This document shows, in pieces, positions 63,221 to 64,000 of a stretch of 64,000 nucleotides of DNA. The notes beneath the pieces were generated by a model, which saw only the letters and a list, made by a program, of their open reading frames with translations, had not been told where the DNA came from and searched no databases. Where the stretch lies: the NCBI GenBank assembly GCA_049323295.1, contig JBMOON010000040.1:79074-143073 (forward strand). Reading direction: 5' to 3'. The position numbers and the translations under genes are program-made. Numbering within the stretch: the first letter of the stretch is position 1; each line of letters starts with the position of its first letter. Origin of the DNA: Pseudomonadota bacterium (GTDB lineage Bacteria > Pseudomonadota > Gammaproteobacteria > Pseudomonadales > JADFDG01).

Positions 63221-64000
63221 CTACTTGTTCAGCAGGATGATGCCGATGAAGACCAGCGTCCCGCCGAGGAAGGGCCGCATGACGCGGTCGGGCACGCGGA
63301 AGCCGAACTTCGTGCCCAGCCAGATGCCGGGCAGCGAGCCGAGCAGCATGTAGCCGAGCAGGCCGAAGTCGACGTTGCCCGCGCCCATGTGGCCGAGACC
63401 GGCGACCAGCGTCAGCGGAATCGCGTACGCCAGATCGGTGCCGACGATCGACACCGTCGGCAGGCGCGGATACAGCATCAGCAGCAGGGTGGCGACGATT
63501 GCGCCGGCACCGACCGACGACAGCGTCACCGTCGCGCCGACCACCACGCCCATGACCACCACCAGCGGCTCGCGCGCCGGGCCATGCACCCAGTGCACCA
63601 CCCGCCGCTCTTCATGCTGCGCGGTTTTTTTCAGCAGGTTGTTGAACAGGGTGACCAGGCCGGTGGCGATGATCATCACCGCCAGCGTTTTGGTGATCAG
63701 CGAGAACTTGAGTCCGTCCTCGCCCAGCGAATGCAGGACCCACAGGGAGGCGGCGCAGGCCGGCAGCGAGCCGGCGGCCAGCAGGCCGACGATCCGCCAG
63801 TTCACCGTGCCCCGGGTACGGTGCAGCCAGACGCCGAAGCTCTTGGTGATGCAGGCGTAGAGCAGGTCGGTGCCGACCGCCAGCGCCGGCTTCACGCTGA
63901 AGACGAGGATCAGGATCGGTGTCATCAGCGAGCCGCCGCCGACGCCGGTGGCGCCGACCAGCATGCCGACGAGCAGTCCGGCGACGGAATAACCGAGGTT
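63221..64000 (-). CDS. TauE/SafE-family membrane transporter (N-terminus beyond the window end)
   Basis: TAG stop at 63221-63223. ...GATGVGGGSLMTPILILVF... and ...VGAGAIVATLLLMLY... repeats. The reading frame continues upstream of the track Met to the window edge. Confidence 0.8.
   Translation of the reverse strand, partial: NLGYSVAGLLVGMLVGATGVGGGSLMTPILILVFSVKPALAVGTDLLYACITKSFGVWLHRTRGTVNWRIVGLLAAGSLPACAASLWVLHSLGEDGLKFSLITKTLAVMIIATGLVTLFNNLLKKTAQHEERRVVHWVHGPAREPLVVVMGVVVGATVTLSSVGAGAIVATLLLMLYPRLPTVSIVGTDLAYAIPLTLVAGLGHMGAGNVDFGLLGYMLLGSLPGIWLGTKFGFRVPDRVMRPFLGGTLVFIGIILLNK

Noticed and set aside
60310-63240. 976-aa plus-strand ORF across ilvD, argA and the HxxxDG gene
   Set aside because: It is antisense to ilvD and argA, which carry unambiguous catalytic motifs. 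The translation is Arg/Ala/Gly-rich without domains.
1-64000. Mobile elements, CRISPR arrays, tRNA/rRNA genes, prophage or defence systems
   Set aside because: Reading both strands, I found no transposase, integrase or recombinase-like ORFs. I found no direct-repeat/spacer arrays and no tRNA-like cloverleaf candidates in the intergenic regions. No nuclease, ATPase or methylase combinations typical of defence islands are present. The only compositional anomaly is the low-GC MBOAT pair.

Overview
This is a chromosomal segment from a high-GC Gammaproteobacterium, about 70% G+C wherever I hand-counted. Its backbone synteny resembles Pseudomonas and E. coli. All family calls come from reading motifs in the supplied translations and the DNA. 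No database search was run.

I see no rRNA, tRNA, CRISPR array, transposase, integrase or phage gene. The only RNA gene I can support is a 6S RNA (ssrS) between zapA and the 5-formyl-THF cyclo-ligase gene.

Housekeeping blocks:
- rpiA | ilvA
- zapB-like, zapA, ssrS, ygfA, divergent from ygfB-pepP-ubiH-ubiI
- gcvT-gcvH-gcvPA-gcvPB-alkB
- PPK2 | rlmI
- HAD | rppH-ptsP
- lrp-like | leuA
- lgt-thyA-ald-folA
- ilvD-argA

Accessory content embedded in the backbone:
1. A roughly 18-kb lipid/hydrocarbon oxidation island (16.5-34.2 kb). It holds two Baeyer-Villiger-type flavin monooxygenases, three paralogous 'metal-dependent hydrolase' genes with paired ExxH motifs, two membrane di-iron enzymes, a soluble ferritin-like di-iron protein, two alpha/beta hydrolases, an SDR, an AidB-like acyl-CoA dehydrogenase, crotonases, and PaaX-like and TetR regulators with palindromic operators.
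2. A low-GC AlgJ-like/MBOAT O-acyltransferase pair.
3. A histidine-free CsoR-family regulator with a palindromic operator, controlling a YeeE/TauE/persulfide-dioxygenase module.
4. A translationally coupled crotonase / exported START / thioesterase operon.
5. A single ORF fusing a zinc ribbon, an RDD domain and a type-IV-pilin-like domain.
6. A small HxxxDG acyltransferase-like protein next to argA.
7. An orphan receiver-domain ORF with no usable stop codon.

Many long ORFs in the six-frame track are antisense or alternative-frame shadows typical of high-GC DNA, and I rejected them.
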